From contig CAVQNG010000014.1 in NCBI GenBank assembly GCA_963713825.1, positions 96,001 through 160,000 on the forward strand: DNA of 64,000 nucleotides, read 5' to 3'. The translations under genes and the position numbers were made by a program. The notes under the pieces are model-generated. The model was not told the DNA's origin and did no database searches. It saw only the letters and a program-made list of their open reading frames with translations. Below are positions 44,345-54,189 of this stretch, piece after piece (the stretch's first letter is position 1; every line of letters starts with the position of its first letter). This DNA comes from an uncultured Acidobacteriota bacterium (GTDB lineage: Bacteria; Acidobacteriota; Thermoanaerobaculia; Multivoradales; JAHEKO01).

Positions 44345-45300
44345 ACCGCAGCTCGGAAGACCTGCGGATCCGAAAGCTCCGTCCTGCCAAGCGTCCATTG
44401 GACCCCTGGCGCCCGATCGGTGTCCAGCAAGAAGAGGAGCGCAACGCCGAGGGCGACCTCGTTCCATGCCAGACGATCTTCCTGACCGGGCGAGAGTGTC
44501 CCTTTACGTGCGTGTTTTGCGATCTGTGGCAATACACGCTGGACGATCCGACGCCTTCCGGGGCGATACCAGCCCAGATCTCGCGCGCGTTCGAAGAGTT
44601 CGGACGGCCCCCTGACGGGGCCACGATCAAGCTGTACAACGCCAGCAATTTCTGCGATGACAAAGCCGTGCCTCGGGCGGATTGGCCGGCCATTGCCGAG
44701 CTGCTGAGCTCTTTCTCACGGATCGTCGTCGAATGTCATCCACGACTGGTAAATGAGAGGTGCGTTGAGTTCGCTGAGCGGCTCGAGGGGCGGCTCGAGA
44801 TTGCCATGGGCCTCGAGACGGTGCACCCAGTGTCGCTGCCGAGGCTCAACAAGAAACTGACGCTGGAGTCGTTCGGCCGCGCCGCGTCACTTTTGCGATC
44901 GTTCGGTGTCGGTATCCGATCCTTTGTCCTGGTCGGGGCGCCCTACATCCCGGCGGTAGAGACTGTCGAGTGGGCTGTTCGCTCGGTGGACCACGCACTC
45001 GAATGCGGCTCGGAGGTCGTCAGTCTCATTCCGGTCCGCGGTGGCATTGGAGAACTGCAGAGGTTGGCCGACCTGGGTGCCTTTTGTCCGCCAACCGCGC
45101 AGCAACTCGAAGCAGCCCTCGACGGCGCCCTCCGACTGAATCGAGGCATCGTCCTGGCCGACCTCTGGGATGCGCAGAGCCTGGCTGGCTGCACCACCTG
45201 CCGGAGCGCCCGTATCGAGCGCATGGAGCAACTCAATCGGGTCGGTGGTTGTCTCCCACCGGTTGCTTGTCCAGTCTGCGACCACGGCGACCCGCTCTAG
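44341..45300 (+). CDS. Radical SAM protein, RaSEA/TIGR01210-like
   Basis: CPFTCVFC, IKLYNASNF, ECHP, EIAMGLET, C-terminal CTTC..CPVC; GTGA overlap with the upstream stop. Confidence 0.8.
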   Translation: MNRSSEDLRIRKLRPAKRPLDPWRPIGVQQEEERNAEGDLVPCQTIFLTGRECPFTCVFCDLWQYTLDDPTPSGAIPAQISRAFEEFGRPPDGATIKLYNASNFCDDKAVPRADWPAIAELLSSFSRIVVECHPRLVNERCVEFAERLEGRLEIAMGLETVHPVSLPRLNKKLTLESFGRAASLLRSFGVGIRSFVLVGAPYIPAVETVEWAVRSVDHALECGSEVVSLIPVRGGIGELQRLADLGAFCPPTAQQLEAALDGALRLNRGIVLADLWDAQSLAGCTTCRSARIERMEQLNRVGGCLPPVACPVCDHGDPL

Positions 45301-45329
45301 GGCCGGCGCCGTGGTAGATCACGCGCCCT

Positions 45330-48239
45330 TCAGTCGGTGTCTGAGACAGCTGCCTGCATGGCGTAACTCTCGACGGGATCACAGGTGCAGATCAGGTTGC
45401 GGTCTCCCCAGACGTTGTCGATGCGTCCCACAGGTGGCCAGAACTTCCTCTCCTTGACCCAGTCGGCGGGATAGGCGGCGGTTTCCCGGCTGTAGCCGTG
45501 GGGCCAGGTGTCAGAAGTCACGAAGCCTGCTGTATGGGGTGCGTTGCGCAGCAGGTTGTCCTCCCGGTCGCCGCGGCCCTCTTCCAGATCACGGATCTCC
45601 GCTCGGATCGCGATGAGGGCGTCACAGAGCCTGTCGAGCTCGGCTTTAGCCTCGCTTTCGGTCGGCTCGACCATCATCGTTCCCGCCACCGGCCAGGACA
45701 TGGTCGGGGCGTGGAAGCCGTAGTCCATGAGGCGCTTGGCGACATCGTCCACCGTAATGCCCGCGGTTTCCTTGAACTGGCGGAAATCGATGATGAACTC
45801 GTGAGCCACGAAGCCGCGCATCCCGGTGTAAACAACCGGATAGTGCTCGATGAGTCGCTTGGCCATGTAGTTGGCGTTCAGAATGGCAACTTGACTGGCT
45901 CTCTTCAGGCCGTCGGGCCCCATCATCGCGATGTACATCCAGGAGATGGGCAAGACGCCGGGACTGCCGAAGGGCGCTGCCGAAACTGGTCCGATCGCCT
46001 TTTCGCCGCCGGTCCCCACGACCGGGTGACCTGGCAGGAACGGCGCGAGATGTTCGGCGACACAGATCGGCCCCACGCCCGGACCACCACCGCCGTGCGG
46101 AATGGCGAAGGTCTTGTGGAGGTTCAGGTGACAGACGTCAGCGCCGATGTCGGAGAGGTGGCAAAGGCCTACCTGAGCGTTCATGTTGGCCCCGTCGAGA
46201 TAGACCAGGCCGCCGTTCTCGTGCACGATCTCGCAGACCTCGCGCACATGCTCTTCAAAGACTCCGTGGGTCGAGGGGTAGGTGATCATGGCCGCGGCGA
46301 GCCGGTCCTTGTGTCCTTCGGCCTTGGATCGGAGGTCGTCCAGGTCGAAGTCGCCCCGCTCATCGGAGGCGACCGGCACGACTTTGTAGCCAGCCATTAC
46401 CGAGCTCGCCGGATTGGTGCCATGCGCGGAAGTCGGAATCAGGCAGACATCTCTGCCCACATCGTCGCGATCCTGGTGGTAGGCGCGAATCACCATCAGG
46501 CCCGTGAACTCGCCCTGCGAGCCGGCGTTGGGCTGCAGAGAGGTGGCGCTGAAGCCGGTGATCTCGGCCAACCAGCCTTCCAGTTGCGCGAACAGTTGGT
46601 AGTAGCCCTCCGCCTGCTCGGGTGGAGCAAACGGATGCAGGCCGCCAAACTCGGGCCACGTGATGGGTACCATCTCGGCTGTTGCATTGAGCTTCATCGT
46701 GCAAGAGCCCAGGGAGATCATGGAATGGGCGAGGGATAGGTCCCTCTCCTGCAGCTGCTGCATGTAGCGCAGCATTCCGTGCTCCGAGTGGTAGCGCTTG
46801 AAAACGGCTTGCGTCAGGTATTCGGTCTGGCGGGCAAAATCCTCCGGGTAGCCGCCCTCCGCTTCTTTCACGAGGTCCTCGAGCGTGAAGGGCAGCTTGT
46901 GCCCCTGCGAGAAGACCTTCAGGAGCTGTTCCAAGTCCTTACGTGTCGTTGTTTCGTCCAGGGAAATGCCGATTCCGCCGTCCGGGTAATGGCGCAGGTT
47001 GAGACACCGGCTGCGAGCCGCGGTCAGGATCGGCCCATCCTCGCCAGGCGCGAGCTTGACTTTCAGTGTGTCGAAGTAGAGACCGTCACCAAGATCGAAG
47101 TTTAGACGTCGCAGTCCAGCGGCCATCACTCGAGTGAGAGCGTGGACCCGCTCGCCGATGCGGCGCAGACCCCGGGGGCCGTGATAGACCGCGTACATCG
47201 AGGCCATGACGGCCAGAAGGACCTGAGCAGTACAGATGTTGCTTGTCGCCTTCTCGCGGCGAATATGCTGTTCGCGAGTCTGGCGGGCGAGGCGGAAGGC
47301 CGGGTTGCCATTGGCATCCTTCGACAGACCGACGATGCGTCCGGGCAGTTGTCGCTCCAGGGCCTGGCTCGTGGAGAGGAAGGCGGCGTGAGGGCCGCCG
47401 TAGCCCATCGGCACTCCGAACCTCTGGCTCGAGCCGACGGCGATATCGGCGCCAAACTCGCCCGGTGGCTTGAGAAGGGTCAGCGCCAGCAGGTCGGTGG
47501 CGACGATGAGATAGGCACCCGCCGCGTGTAGGCGGTCGGCGACCTTGGAGTAGTCCTCGACCCGCCCGTCGGTGGTCGGATACTGGACCAGCGCCGCGAA
47601 GAGGTCCATTCCTTCCGCGTCGATGCTCTCGGGTGTGCCGACATGGACCTCGATGCCGAGCGGTCGACAGCGGGTCTGGATCACGGCGATGGTTTGAGGG
47701 TGACAGTCTTCGGCGACGAAGAACCCCTTCTTCTTGCCCCGTGTGGCCGCCAGAGTCATGCTCATGGCTTCCGCTCCGGCCGTGCCCTCATCGAGCAGTG
47801 AGGCGTTGGCCAGTGGCAAGCCGGTGAGATCGGCCACCATGGTCTGGAAGTTCATCAGAGCTTCCAAGCGACCCTGGGCGATCTCGGCCTGATAGGGCGT
47901 GTACTGGGTGTACCAGCCCGGGTTCTCCAGGATATTGCGCTGAATCACCGGCGGAGTGAAGCAGTTGTAGTAGCCCATACCGATGAAGGACCGGTAGACC
48001 TGATTGCGATGGGCGATCTCTCTCAGATCGGCAAGCGCTTCGTGCTCACTTCTGGCCGGCGGCAGGTCCAGGGGCTCCTGGAGGCGAATCGATTCTGGCA
48101 CCACGGCTGCAACCAGCTCATCGAGGGATTCGAATCCGAGGCTCTCGAGCATCTCTGGAATCGCGGCTCGGCTTGGTCCCAGGTGGCGATCCTCGAACCG
48201 ATCGGTTGGCGCAAAGGGGTCTGGTGTGGTCATGGACAT
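45330..48239 (-). CDS. gcvP: Glycine dehydrogenase (decarboxylating), P protein
   Basis: [55 protein letters not shown]. Confidence 0.97.
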   Translation of the reverse strand: MSMTTPDPFAPTDRFEDRHLGPSRAAIPEMLESLGFESLDELVAAVVPESIRLQEPLDLPPARSEHEALADLREIAHRNQVYRSFIGMGYYNCFTPPVIQRNILENPGWYTQYTPYQAEIAQGRLEALMNFQTMVADLTGLPLANASLLDEGTAGAEAMSMTLAATRGKKKGFFVAEDCHPQTIAVIQTRCRPLGIEVHVGTPESIDAEGMDLFAALVQYPTTDGRVEDYSKVADRLHAAGAYLIVATDLLALTLLKPPGEFGADIAVGSSQRFGVPMGYGGPHAAFLSTSQALERQLPGRIVGLSKDANGNPAFRLARQTREQHIRREKATSNICTAQVLLAVMASMYAVYHGPRGLRRIGERVHALTRVMAAGLRRLNFDLGDGLYFDTLKVKLAPGEDGPILTAARSRCLNLRHYPDGGIGISLDETTTRKDLEQLLKVFSQGHKLPFTLEDLVKEAEGGYPEDFARQTEYLTQAVFKRYHSEHGMLRYMQQLQERDLSLAHSMISLGSCTMKLNATAEMVPITWPEFGGLHPFAPPEQAEGYYQLFAQLEGWLAEITGFSATSLQPNAGSQGEFTGLMVIRAYHQDRDDVGRDVCLIPTSAHGTNPASSVMAGYKVVPVASDERGDFDLDDLRSKAEGHKDRLAAAMITYPSTHGVFEEHVREVCEIVHENGGLVYLDGANMNAQVGLCHLSDIGADVCHLNLHKTFAIPHGGGGPGVGPICVAEHLAPFLPGHPVVGTGGEKAIGPVSAAPFGSPGVLPISWMYIAMMGPDGLKRASQVAILNANYMAKRLIEHYPVVYTGMRGFVAHEFIIDFRQFKETAGITVDDVAKRLMDYGFHAPTMSWPVAGTMMVEPTESEAKAELDRLCDALIAIRAEIRDLEEGRGDREDNLLRNAPHTAGFVTSDTWPHGYSRETAAYPADWVKERKFWPPVGRIDNVWGDRNLICTCDPVESYAMQAAVSDTD

Positions 48240-48417
48240 CTCCCTTTTTCACAGGTGACGAACGAAACGCCGGACGGCGCGTGTTGTTTCGCGTTGTCGT
48301 ACCGCCGGGGTGGCACACCTGAACAAACTCGGCCCATACGGCACGACCCAAAAATTGTAGCAGGAGAGTGTTCGATTCGGGATGCTTGTTGTGCGGCGAT
48401 TTGCAGCGACAGACAAC

Positions 48418-48442
48418 CCCTCACCCGAATACCAGGTGAGGG
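48418..48442. terminator. Hairpin downstream of the DUF4097 gene
   Basis: CCCTCACC-CGAATACCA-GGTGAGGG. Confidence 0.45.
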
Positions 48443-48488
48443 GCTCTTGTCGACTTGCTGTCAGAGCCTGCGGGGCAGCCCGTCGGAC

Positions 48489-49271
48489 TCAGAGTTCTTC
48501 GATATGAATGCTGCCGTTGGTCGTTCGCAGCTCGATCGACCCACCACCGCCGTTGAGCTCGCCCTCGAGTCGATTCCGACTGAAAGTGCCCTGCACCGTG
48601 ATCGGGAAATCGGTCTTGATCGATCCGTTGGTGGTGCGAGCCGTCAGGTTGGCCTGGGTCGCGGCTGGAATGGAGAGTGTGATTCCTCCATTCGTCGTGC
48701 GAAAGACCATGTCTTCCCCCATGACGACAGCACTGAGCTCAGCGTTGATCGAGCCGTTCGTGGTCCGTGCACTGAGCCGACCTCCCGCTTCGGACACGGC
48801 GACATTGCCATTGGTCGTGCCGACTTCCAGGTCACCACTGATGTTGCCGATCTTCACGTTGCCGTTTACGGTGCTGACGTCGAGATCGGCGGAAGCAGGA
48901 ATCTTGATCTCGTAGCGGACGCTAGAGGACTCGCTCGAAAACCAGCGGTCCTTGTTCCGGGGGTAGTGGGTATCTACCCGGATGCGACCGGAGGCAGGCT
49001 CGACCTCGATCTGCAGATCCTGCATCGCGGCTTCGGCCTTGGCGCTGCTACTGGCTTTGATCTTCTTGGTGGCCAGAATGTGGATCTCTTGGCGGTCCCA
49101 GGCCTCGATATGGACATTGCCGTTCGTGTTGTCGAGCTCCAAAAGATCTCCGGGAGCGAAGGCGTAGGTCTGATCGAAGGTCTCTTCGAGGGTCGTCGCA
49201 GTGACGGCGCCAGCCAGCAAGAGGCCAACAGCCAGGGCCCAGACGACGTGCTTTCGGGTGTTCGGGTTCAT
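48489..49271 (-). CDS. DUF4097 beta-strand-repeat exported protein
   Basis: Signal peptide; repeated TTNG/TVNG motifs; LNGGGGSIELRTTNGSI. Confidence 0.88.
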   Translation of the reverse strand: MNPNTRKHVVWALAVGLLLAGAVTATTLEETFDQTYAFAPGDLLELDNTNGNVHIEAWDRQEIHILATKKIKASSSAKAEAAMQDLQIEVEPASGRIRVDTHYPRNKDRWFSSESSSVRYEIKIPASADLDVSTVNGNVKIGNISGDLEVGTTNGNVAVSEAGGRLSARTTNGSINAELSAVVMGEDMVFRTTNGGITLSIPAATQANLTARTTNGSIKTDFPITVQGTFSRNRLEGELNGGGGSIELRTTNGSIHIEEL

Positions 49272-49426
49272 CCTTACGGTCCTCCTCGGTTGGTCGGCAA
49301 ACTCAGGGCATGGGTGAGGGCTATTTCAATCCGGAAAATCTCGGGTTCAGATTCTTAGACGCTCTCCATGGGTGTGGGGTTTAGTCCACGGTTGCGGTCG
49401 ATTGTGTGTCGCCTATGTACCCCTAC

Positions 49427-49452
49427 TACGAGCATTCTCCGGAGGAGTTTCG
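49427..49452 (-). promoter_or_regulatory. ECF (SigW-like) promoter upstream of DUF4097
   Basis: CGAAAC-16 bp-CGTA; a second TAAAC-17 bp-CGTC at 49358-49383. Confidence 0.5.
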
Positions 49453-49553
49453 AGGACTTTGGGCCCCCTGTCAGTGTGCCATCGAGATGGGACACTGACG
49501 CGAATTCTCTGTGCTATTGTGAAATTCTCAGAGTCGAGGCGGATGCCGCGAGA

Positions 49554-49913
49554 ATGTCCAAGAACGAGCCCCAGTGCGTCTACAAGATCATCTTCCACAA
49601 CCAGGGAGAGGTGTTCGAGATCTACGCCAAGAACGTGAACCAGGGGCACCTCTACGGTTTCGTGGAAGTCGAGGAGATTCTCTACGGCGAGCGCTCCCAA
49701 GTGGTGGTGGATCCTTCCGAAGAGCGCATGAAGAGCGAGTTCCGGGGCGTCAAGAGGATCTTCCTACCCATGCACGCCGTGGTGCGAATCGACGAGGTGG
49801 AGAAGGAAGGAGTTCCACGCATCACCACCCAGGAGGGTGCCGGAAACATCTCGGAGTTCCCAAGCCCGATCTACCCGCCACAGCCACCCCGAGGTGATTC
49901 CGGCAAATCATGA
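49554..49913 (+). CDS. DUF1820 family protein
   Basis: YKIIFHNQGEVFEIYA, VVVDPSEE..EF.GVKR..LPMHAVVRIDEVEKEG. Confidence 0.8.
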   Translation: MSKNEPQCVYKIIFHNQGEVFEIYAKNVNQGHLYGFVEVEEILYGERSQVVVDPSEERMKSEFRGVKRIFLPMHAVVRIDEVEKEGVPRITTQEGAGNISEFPSPIYPPQPPRGDSGKS

Positions 49914-50782
49914 AGGTCCCGAGGATGGTATGGGTCCTGGGCGTCGTTGCCTTGGCGCCGACCTCCGGTATTCACGCCTGGCACGCCCAAGGGCATCGCA
50001 TCACGACGTACGAAGCTGTGACTCTCCTGTCGGAGGAGCTACCTCGATTCCTGCAAGCCGGTCGTGAACAGATGGCCGCGGACTCGGTCGATCCCGATCT
50101 GATGCGGAACCGCGACCTACCGCAGTTACGGGACCGAGAGGCACCGAATCACTACCTCGATCTCGAGCTCTTGCCTCTCGGAGTGCTGCCTGATGCACGC
50201 AGCGAATTCCTCCAGTACCTAGCCTCGCGAGAGGTCTACCTGGGAGTCGAGGATGTCGGTACCTTGCCCTATGCGGTGGTCGAAGCGACGCAGCGTCTGA
50301 CGCTCGCCTTCGCTCAGGTCCGGAGTCAGCCGAAGAATGAGCATCTGCAGGCCAAAGCCATGCTGTTCGCTGCATATTTGGCTCACTATGCTCAAGATCT
50401 CTGTCAGCCGCTGCACACCACGATCCATCATGATGGGCGAGCCTTGGAGGACCAGTCCTCACCGCATACCGGAATTCACCATCGAGTGGACGCTCTGATC
50501 GAGCGCTTGAAGCCGCAGGAGTCCGGCGAGGACGGGCTCTTCGAGCCGCAGGCTCTGAAGCCGATTCTTCCTGCGGTTTTCGAGGAGTTGAAGCGTAGTC
50601 ATTCCCACGTCGAGAGGGTGTATCGCCTGGCAGCCGATCTCGAGGCCCTGGAAGGAGGCGCCCAGCCTTCCGCCGAATTGCGAGCCCTCACCGAAGAGCG
50701 CTATCGGGCCGCGATTCGTTTTACGGCGAACCTCATCCTGACGGCCTGGCGTGACTCGGCAGATCTGCGCCCGACCGATTGA
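49910..50782 (+). CDS. Secreted S1/P1 nuclease / Zn-phospholipase C fold protein
   Basis: Signal peptide then WHAQGH; PD; HYLD; HYAQDLCQPLH; GIHHRVD. Confidence 0.78.
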   Translation: MKVPRMVWVLGVVALAPTSGIHAWHAQGHRITTYEAVTLLSEELPRFLQAGREQMAADSVDPDLMRNRDLPQLRDREAPNHYLDLELLPLGVLPDARSEFLQYLASREVYLGVEDVGTLPYAVVEATQRLTLAFAQVRSQPKNEHLQAKAMLFAAYLAHYAQDLCQPLHTTIHHDGRALEDQSSPHTGIHHRVDALIERLKPQESGEDGLFEPQALKPILPAVFEELKRSHSHVERVYRLAADLEALEGGAQPSAELRALTEERYRAAIRFTANLILTAWRDSADLRPTD

Positions 50783-50808
50783 GGCGCTGCCAGTCAGCCA
50801 CCGAACAA

Positions 50809-51777
50809 CTAGGTGCCGCTCCGGTAGAGCTCCCGGACCCAGAGTGCATCTTCCGAAGTGAGAGGTGAGCCTGCCAGCGCGGCGGCGTCCACGTGGTGGG
50901 GACGCCGAAGTCCGAGCAGCACGCAGGCGGAGGGCGCGTCTTCGAGCAACGCCCCGACCAGAGACGACAGAACGGGGTTCGGAAGCGACGGGAAACGGGC
51001 CTCGACGGCCTTGCGACAGTCTCGATAGTGCGCCAGTTGTTCGGTATCGCTGAAGCCCGGAACGCGGGTTCTGTGATCTCCGGTACCCAGTGCTGGAGGC
51101 TCTCGATAGTTGCCGAGCAGTAGGCCGTGCTTGAGGGGAGAAAAGAAAGCGACACCGATGTCGTTCGCCTCGACCCAGGTTGCGAGGCCACTGACCTCCC
51201 ACGAGTCATCCACGACATTGCGATAAGGCTGAACGACGTCCGGGTCGACCTGCTGGGCGTAGTGGAGGATCTTCTCCGACTTCCAGTCGGACAGGCCGAT
51301 GAAGCGAATCTTGCCCTCGTCTCGAAATCGTCGAATCCGATCTACAGCGTCATCGAGGAACTCATCGTCGGGGCCGAAATCGCAGTGGTGCAGGTAGTAC
51401 AAGTCGATGTGATCGGTGTGCAGATTGCCGAGCGACAGCTCCAACTGGCGTCGCATTTGATCGGGGTGGTAGAAGTGGCTGTGATCGCCGGCATCCCAGC
51501 CGACCTTGCTGGCCAGGAAGATCTGCTGTCGCGGCACGGTGTCCCAGAGACTCCCGATGGAGCGCTCGGCGCTGCCATCACCATAGACGTCGGCGGTGTC
51601 CCAATGCGTCAGACCTCGCTCGTACGCCAGGAGCAGAGCGGCTTGCGCTGCCTCGGCGTCGTAGCCGGACCAGCCGACCGGGTGCTTGCCGACCAGCTTT
51701 GGTCCGCCATGGCCCCATGTTCCCAGAGAGACTCGCGGCACCTCGATTCCGGTTCTTCCCAGACGGACGCTCTCCAC
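50809..51777 (-). CDS. Aldo/keto reductase
   Basis: LGTW, DTADVYG, SKVG, IDLYYLH, GKIRFIGLS. Confidence 0.9.
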   Translation of the reverse strand: MESVRLGRTGIEVPRVSLGTWGHGGPKLVGKHPVGWSGYDAEAAQAALLLAYERGLTHWDTADVYGDGSAERSIGSLWDTVPRQQIFLASKVGWDAGDHSHFYHPDQMRRQLELSLGNLHTDHIDLYYLHHCDFGPDDEFLDDAVDRIRRFRDEGKIRFIGLSDWKSEKILHYAQQVDPDVVQPYRNVVDDSWEVSGLATWVEANDIGVAFFSPLKHGLLLGNYREPPALGTGDHRTRVPGFSDTEQLAHYRDCRKAVEARFPSLPNPVLSSLVGALLEDAPSACVLLGLRRPHHVDAAALAGSPLTSEDALWVRELYRSGT

Positions 51778-51960
51778 ACCAGGTCTCCTCTCAGATTCGA
51801 CGATGCTGTCGAATCCGAATCCTAGCTCACTGCTGTCGGACGCTGAGGCAGTGAGGAAGAGTGGCAGCCAGGGCTCGAGAGAAGGGATCGGACTACAATG
51901 TAGGGCACGGGGTGCGGAGCTCCAATCCAGGAGGCGCGCCCGCCATGGAGTGACCGAACA

Positions 51961-52785
51961 ATGAGTGAGCTCGAAGATTTCGAGAAAGAGCCGACACTAG
52001 AGACCGAGACCTCGGATCTTCCCCGTTGGCCTTACTGGGTAGGAGCGTTGGTGTTGGTGGCCGTCATCGTCGCAGTCGTCATGCTCAGGAACCGACCCGA
52101 AGAGGTGATGGAGGCTCCGGCGCCGTCGGCGCCACCCGTCGCTGCAGCGGCACCCTCGACGGATACGAGCGCACCCTTGGAGATCGGGGCACTGCCGGAG
52201 CTGGATGACAGCGATGCCTGGCTTCGGGACCTGATCGGGCAGCTTTCTGCCCATCCCGAGCTGGCGGAGTGGCTGGTCACGGACGAGATGGCTCGCCGAT
52301 TCGTGGCCATCGTCGACAATCTCGCTGAGGGTACGAGTCCCAGAAGTCACTTGCCCTTCATGGAGCCCGACGAAGCGTTCAAGGTCGTCGAGAGAGACGG
52401 TCGCACCTTTGTGGATCCAGCGAGCTATCAGCGGTACGACACGGCGGTCGAGGTGGTGACATCGATCGACAGCGCGGGAGCCGCGCAGCTCTACACCGCA
52501 CTGTTGCCACTATTTCGAGAGGCTTATCGCGATCTGGGCTACCCGGGGCAGAGCTTCGACGACGCCATGCAATTGGCGTTGGGGCGGTTGATGGAGACGC
52601 CTGTGGTGCGAGGCGACGTCGAGGTCGTGCCCAAGATCTCCTCGTATGAGCTGGCCGACCCGACCCTCGAAGAGCTGCCCTCCGCCTGCAAGAACTTCCT
52701 GCGCTTTGGTCCGAAGAACCTACGGCAGCTGCAGGCGAAGGCCCAGGAGATTGCGACCCTGGCCCGTCTCGAGTTGGACGGATAG
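51961..52785 (+). CDS. DUF3014 membrane-anchored protein
   Basis: TM plus Pro linker; LPELDDSD, RRFVAIVDN, SYQRYD, AYRDLGYP, ADPTLE..GPKN. Confidence 0.82.
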   Translation: MSELEDFEKEPTLETETSDLPRWPYWVGALVLVAVIVAVVMLRNRPEEVMEAPAPSAPPVAAAAPSTDTSAPLEIGALPELDDSDAWLRDLIGQLSAHPELAEWLVTDEMARRFVAIVDNLAEGTSPRSHLPFMEPDEAFKVVERDGRTFVDPASYQRYDTAVEVVTSIDSAGAAQLYTALLPLFREAYRDLGYPGQSFDDAMQLALGRLMETPVVRGDVEVVPKISSYELADPTLEELPSACKNFLRFGPKNLRQLQAKAQEIATLARLELDG

Positions 52786-52801
52786 GGGCCGGCCGAATGG
52801 G

Positions 52802-53164
52802 TCAGTCGCACTGGCGCTCCCACAGTTCATGGCAGACGCGGGATACGGTCTTGTAGGTTCGGGCCTGGCCCAAGCGAAATCCGGAATGCATGGCAACGGC
52901 AAGGACACCAAGCGTAAACACCGAGTCGGTAGAGGCGCCCAGCGGCAGGAAAGGTCGCGGTCCTGAGTGGAAGGCCAGCAGGATGCCGATGGCGATCCAG
53001 TCGACCAGGGCGACGAGGAGGGCTCTTTTCCGAGCTTTGGTCAGGACTTCACTCTCGGGTCTTTCTGACCCTCGCTCGTCGACAGGGCCGTCGGGTAGGC
53101 CGACGTTTCGCAGCTCGGCCACATCTTCGATCAGCATCGAGGTCACCGCTTTGGTACGCCACAT
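52802..53164 (-). CDS. Small hypothetical membrane protein
   Basis: Two hydrophobic helices; GGAGA RBS; fills the intergenic gap. Confidence 0.55.
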   Translation of the reverse strand: MWRTKAVTSMLIEDVAELRNVGLPDGPVDERGSERPESEVLTKARKRALLVALVDWIAIGILLAFHSGPRPFLPLGASTDSVFTLGVLAVAMHSGFRLGQARTYKTVSRVCHELWERQCD

Positions 53165-53313
53165 GAAGTCTCCCGTCCTCTCTCTCCAACTCGCGGAGCG
53201 TGCAGGGCCATCGCGACCAGGTTCATGCTACTTCAGGACGCCTGCGCGCAGTGCCTTGCGAGGATCGGTTCGATTGGTATCAATCGTCTCGAGGTCGTCG
53301 AAAGGAGCTCAGG

Positions 53314-54144
53314 GTGCCAGTGACCTTCAAGCTTGTAGCCGCTAGCTGTCTGCTGATCTTCTCGGTTTTACCGCTGCCGGTGACGGCTGAGACCCTCTCC
53401 GTCGCACCTGGCGGAGTCGTACGCTGGCCGGGGGTAGAGGGTGACCGATGTGGGCGAGCGGACCGTACCTGGGAGTCGGTGACGGGCGATTGTTGGTACC
53501 CGATCGACCTGCTGGCAGGGGAAGGAGATGTGCAACTGTGGCGCTGGCGACAAGGTCGGAAGGAAACAGCGACCGTCCGCGTGTCGCCCTATCCGTACGA
53601 GGTTCAGCACATCACCCTGAAGGACGATTCGCAGGTCAATCTGTCGGCGGCCGATCTGGCCAGGGTCAGAGAGGAGAACGGGCGAATCGGTGCTCTTTGG
53701 GCTCTCGATACACCCCGGCGATTCGAGTTGCCACTGTCGGCCCCTCTCGAACCGCTGCCGGCGGGCGGGCGGTTCGGATCCAGGCGTTTCTTCAACAACC
53801 AGCCCCGCAACCCTCACACCGGGGCCGACTATTCCGCAGCTGAAGGAACGCCGGTTCTCTCGATCGGGGACGGAAGTGTAGCCCTGGCCGGCGATTTCTT
53901 CTTCTCCGGGGGAAGTGTCTTCCTCGACCACGGGGATGGCTTGATCTCGATGTACTTCCACCTGAAGGAGCTCTCGGTCGAGCCAGGTCGAGAGGTCGAG
54001 AGAGGCCAGGTGATCGGCACTGTTGGGCAAACGGGGCGGGCTACTGGGCCGCACCTCCACATGGGATTGCGCTGGCGCGGTGCCAGGGTGGATCCCGCAC
54101 TCCTGATGGAGCAAATAGAGCAGATTCCAACGATTCCAGAGTAG
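53314..54144 (+). CDS. M23 family metallopeptidase
   Basis: HTGAD, LDHGDG, YFHL, TGRATGPHLH; signal peptide. Confidence 0.92.
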   Translation: MPVTFKLVAASCLLIFSVLPLPVTAETLSVAPGGVVRWPGVEGDRCGRADRTWESVTGDCWYPIDLLAGEGDVQLWRWRQGRKETATVRVSPYPYEVQHITLKDDSQVNLSAADLARVREENGRIGALWALDTPRRFELPLSAPLEPLPAGGRFGSRRFFNNQPRNPHTGADYSAAEGTPVLSIGDGSVALAGDFFFSGGSVFLDHGDGLISMYFHLKELSVEPGREVERGQVIGTVGQTGRATGPHLHMGLRWRGARVDPALLMEQIEQIPTIPE

Positions 54145-54189
54145 GGAAGGGGCTTCGTTTCCTGCCGCGGTTGGCCCCTTCAGACCCTC

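Noticed and set aside
48240-48488. Glycine riboswitch upstream of gcvP
   Set aside because: No GGAGA..CCGAAG..CUCUCAGG aptamer pattern on the minus strand.
48009-49358. 449-aa plus-strand ORF
   Set aside because: Antisense to the DUF4097 gene and the gcvP start; no recognisable domain.
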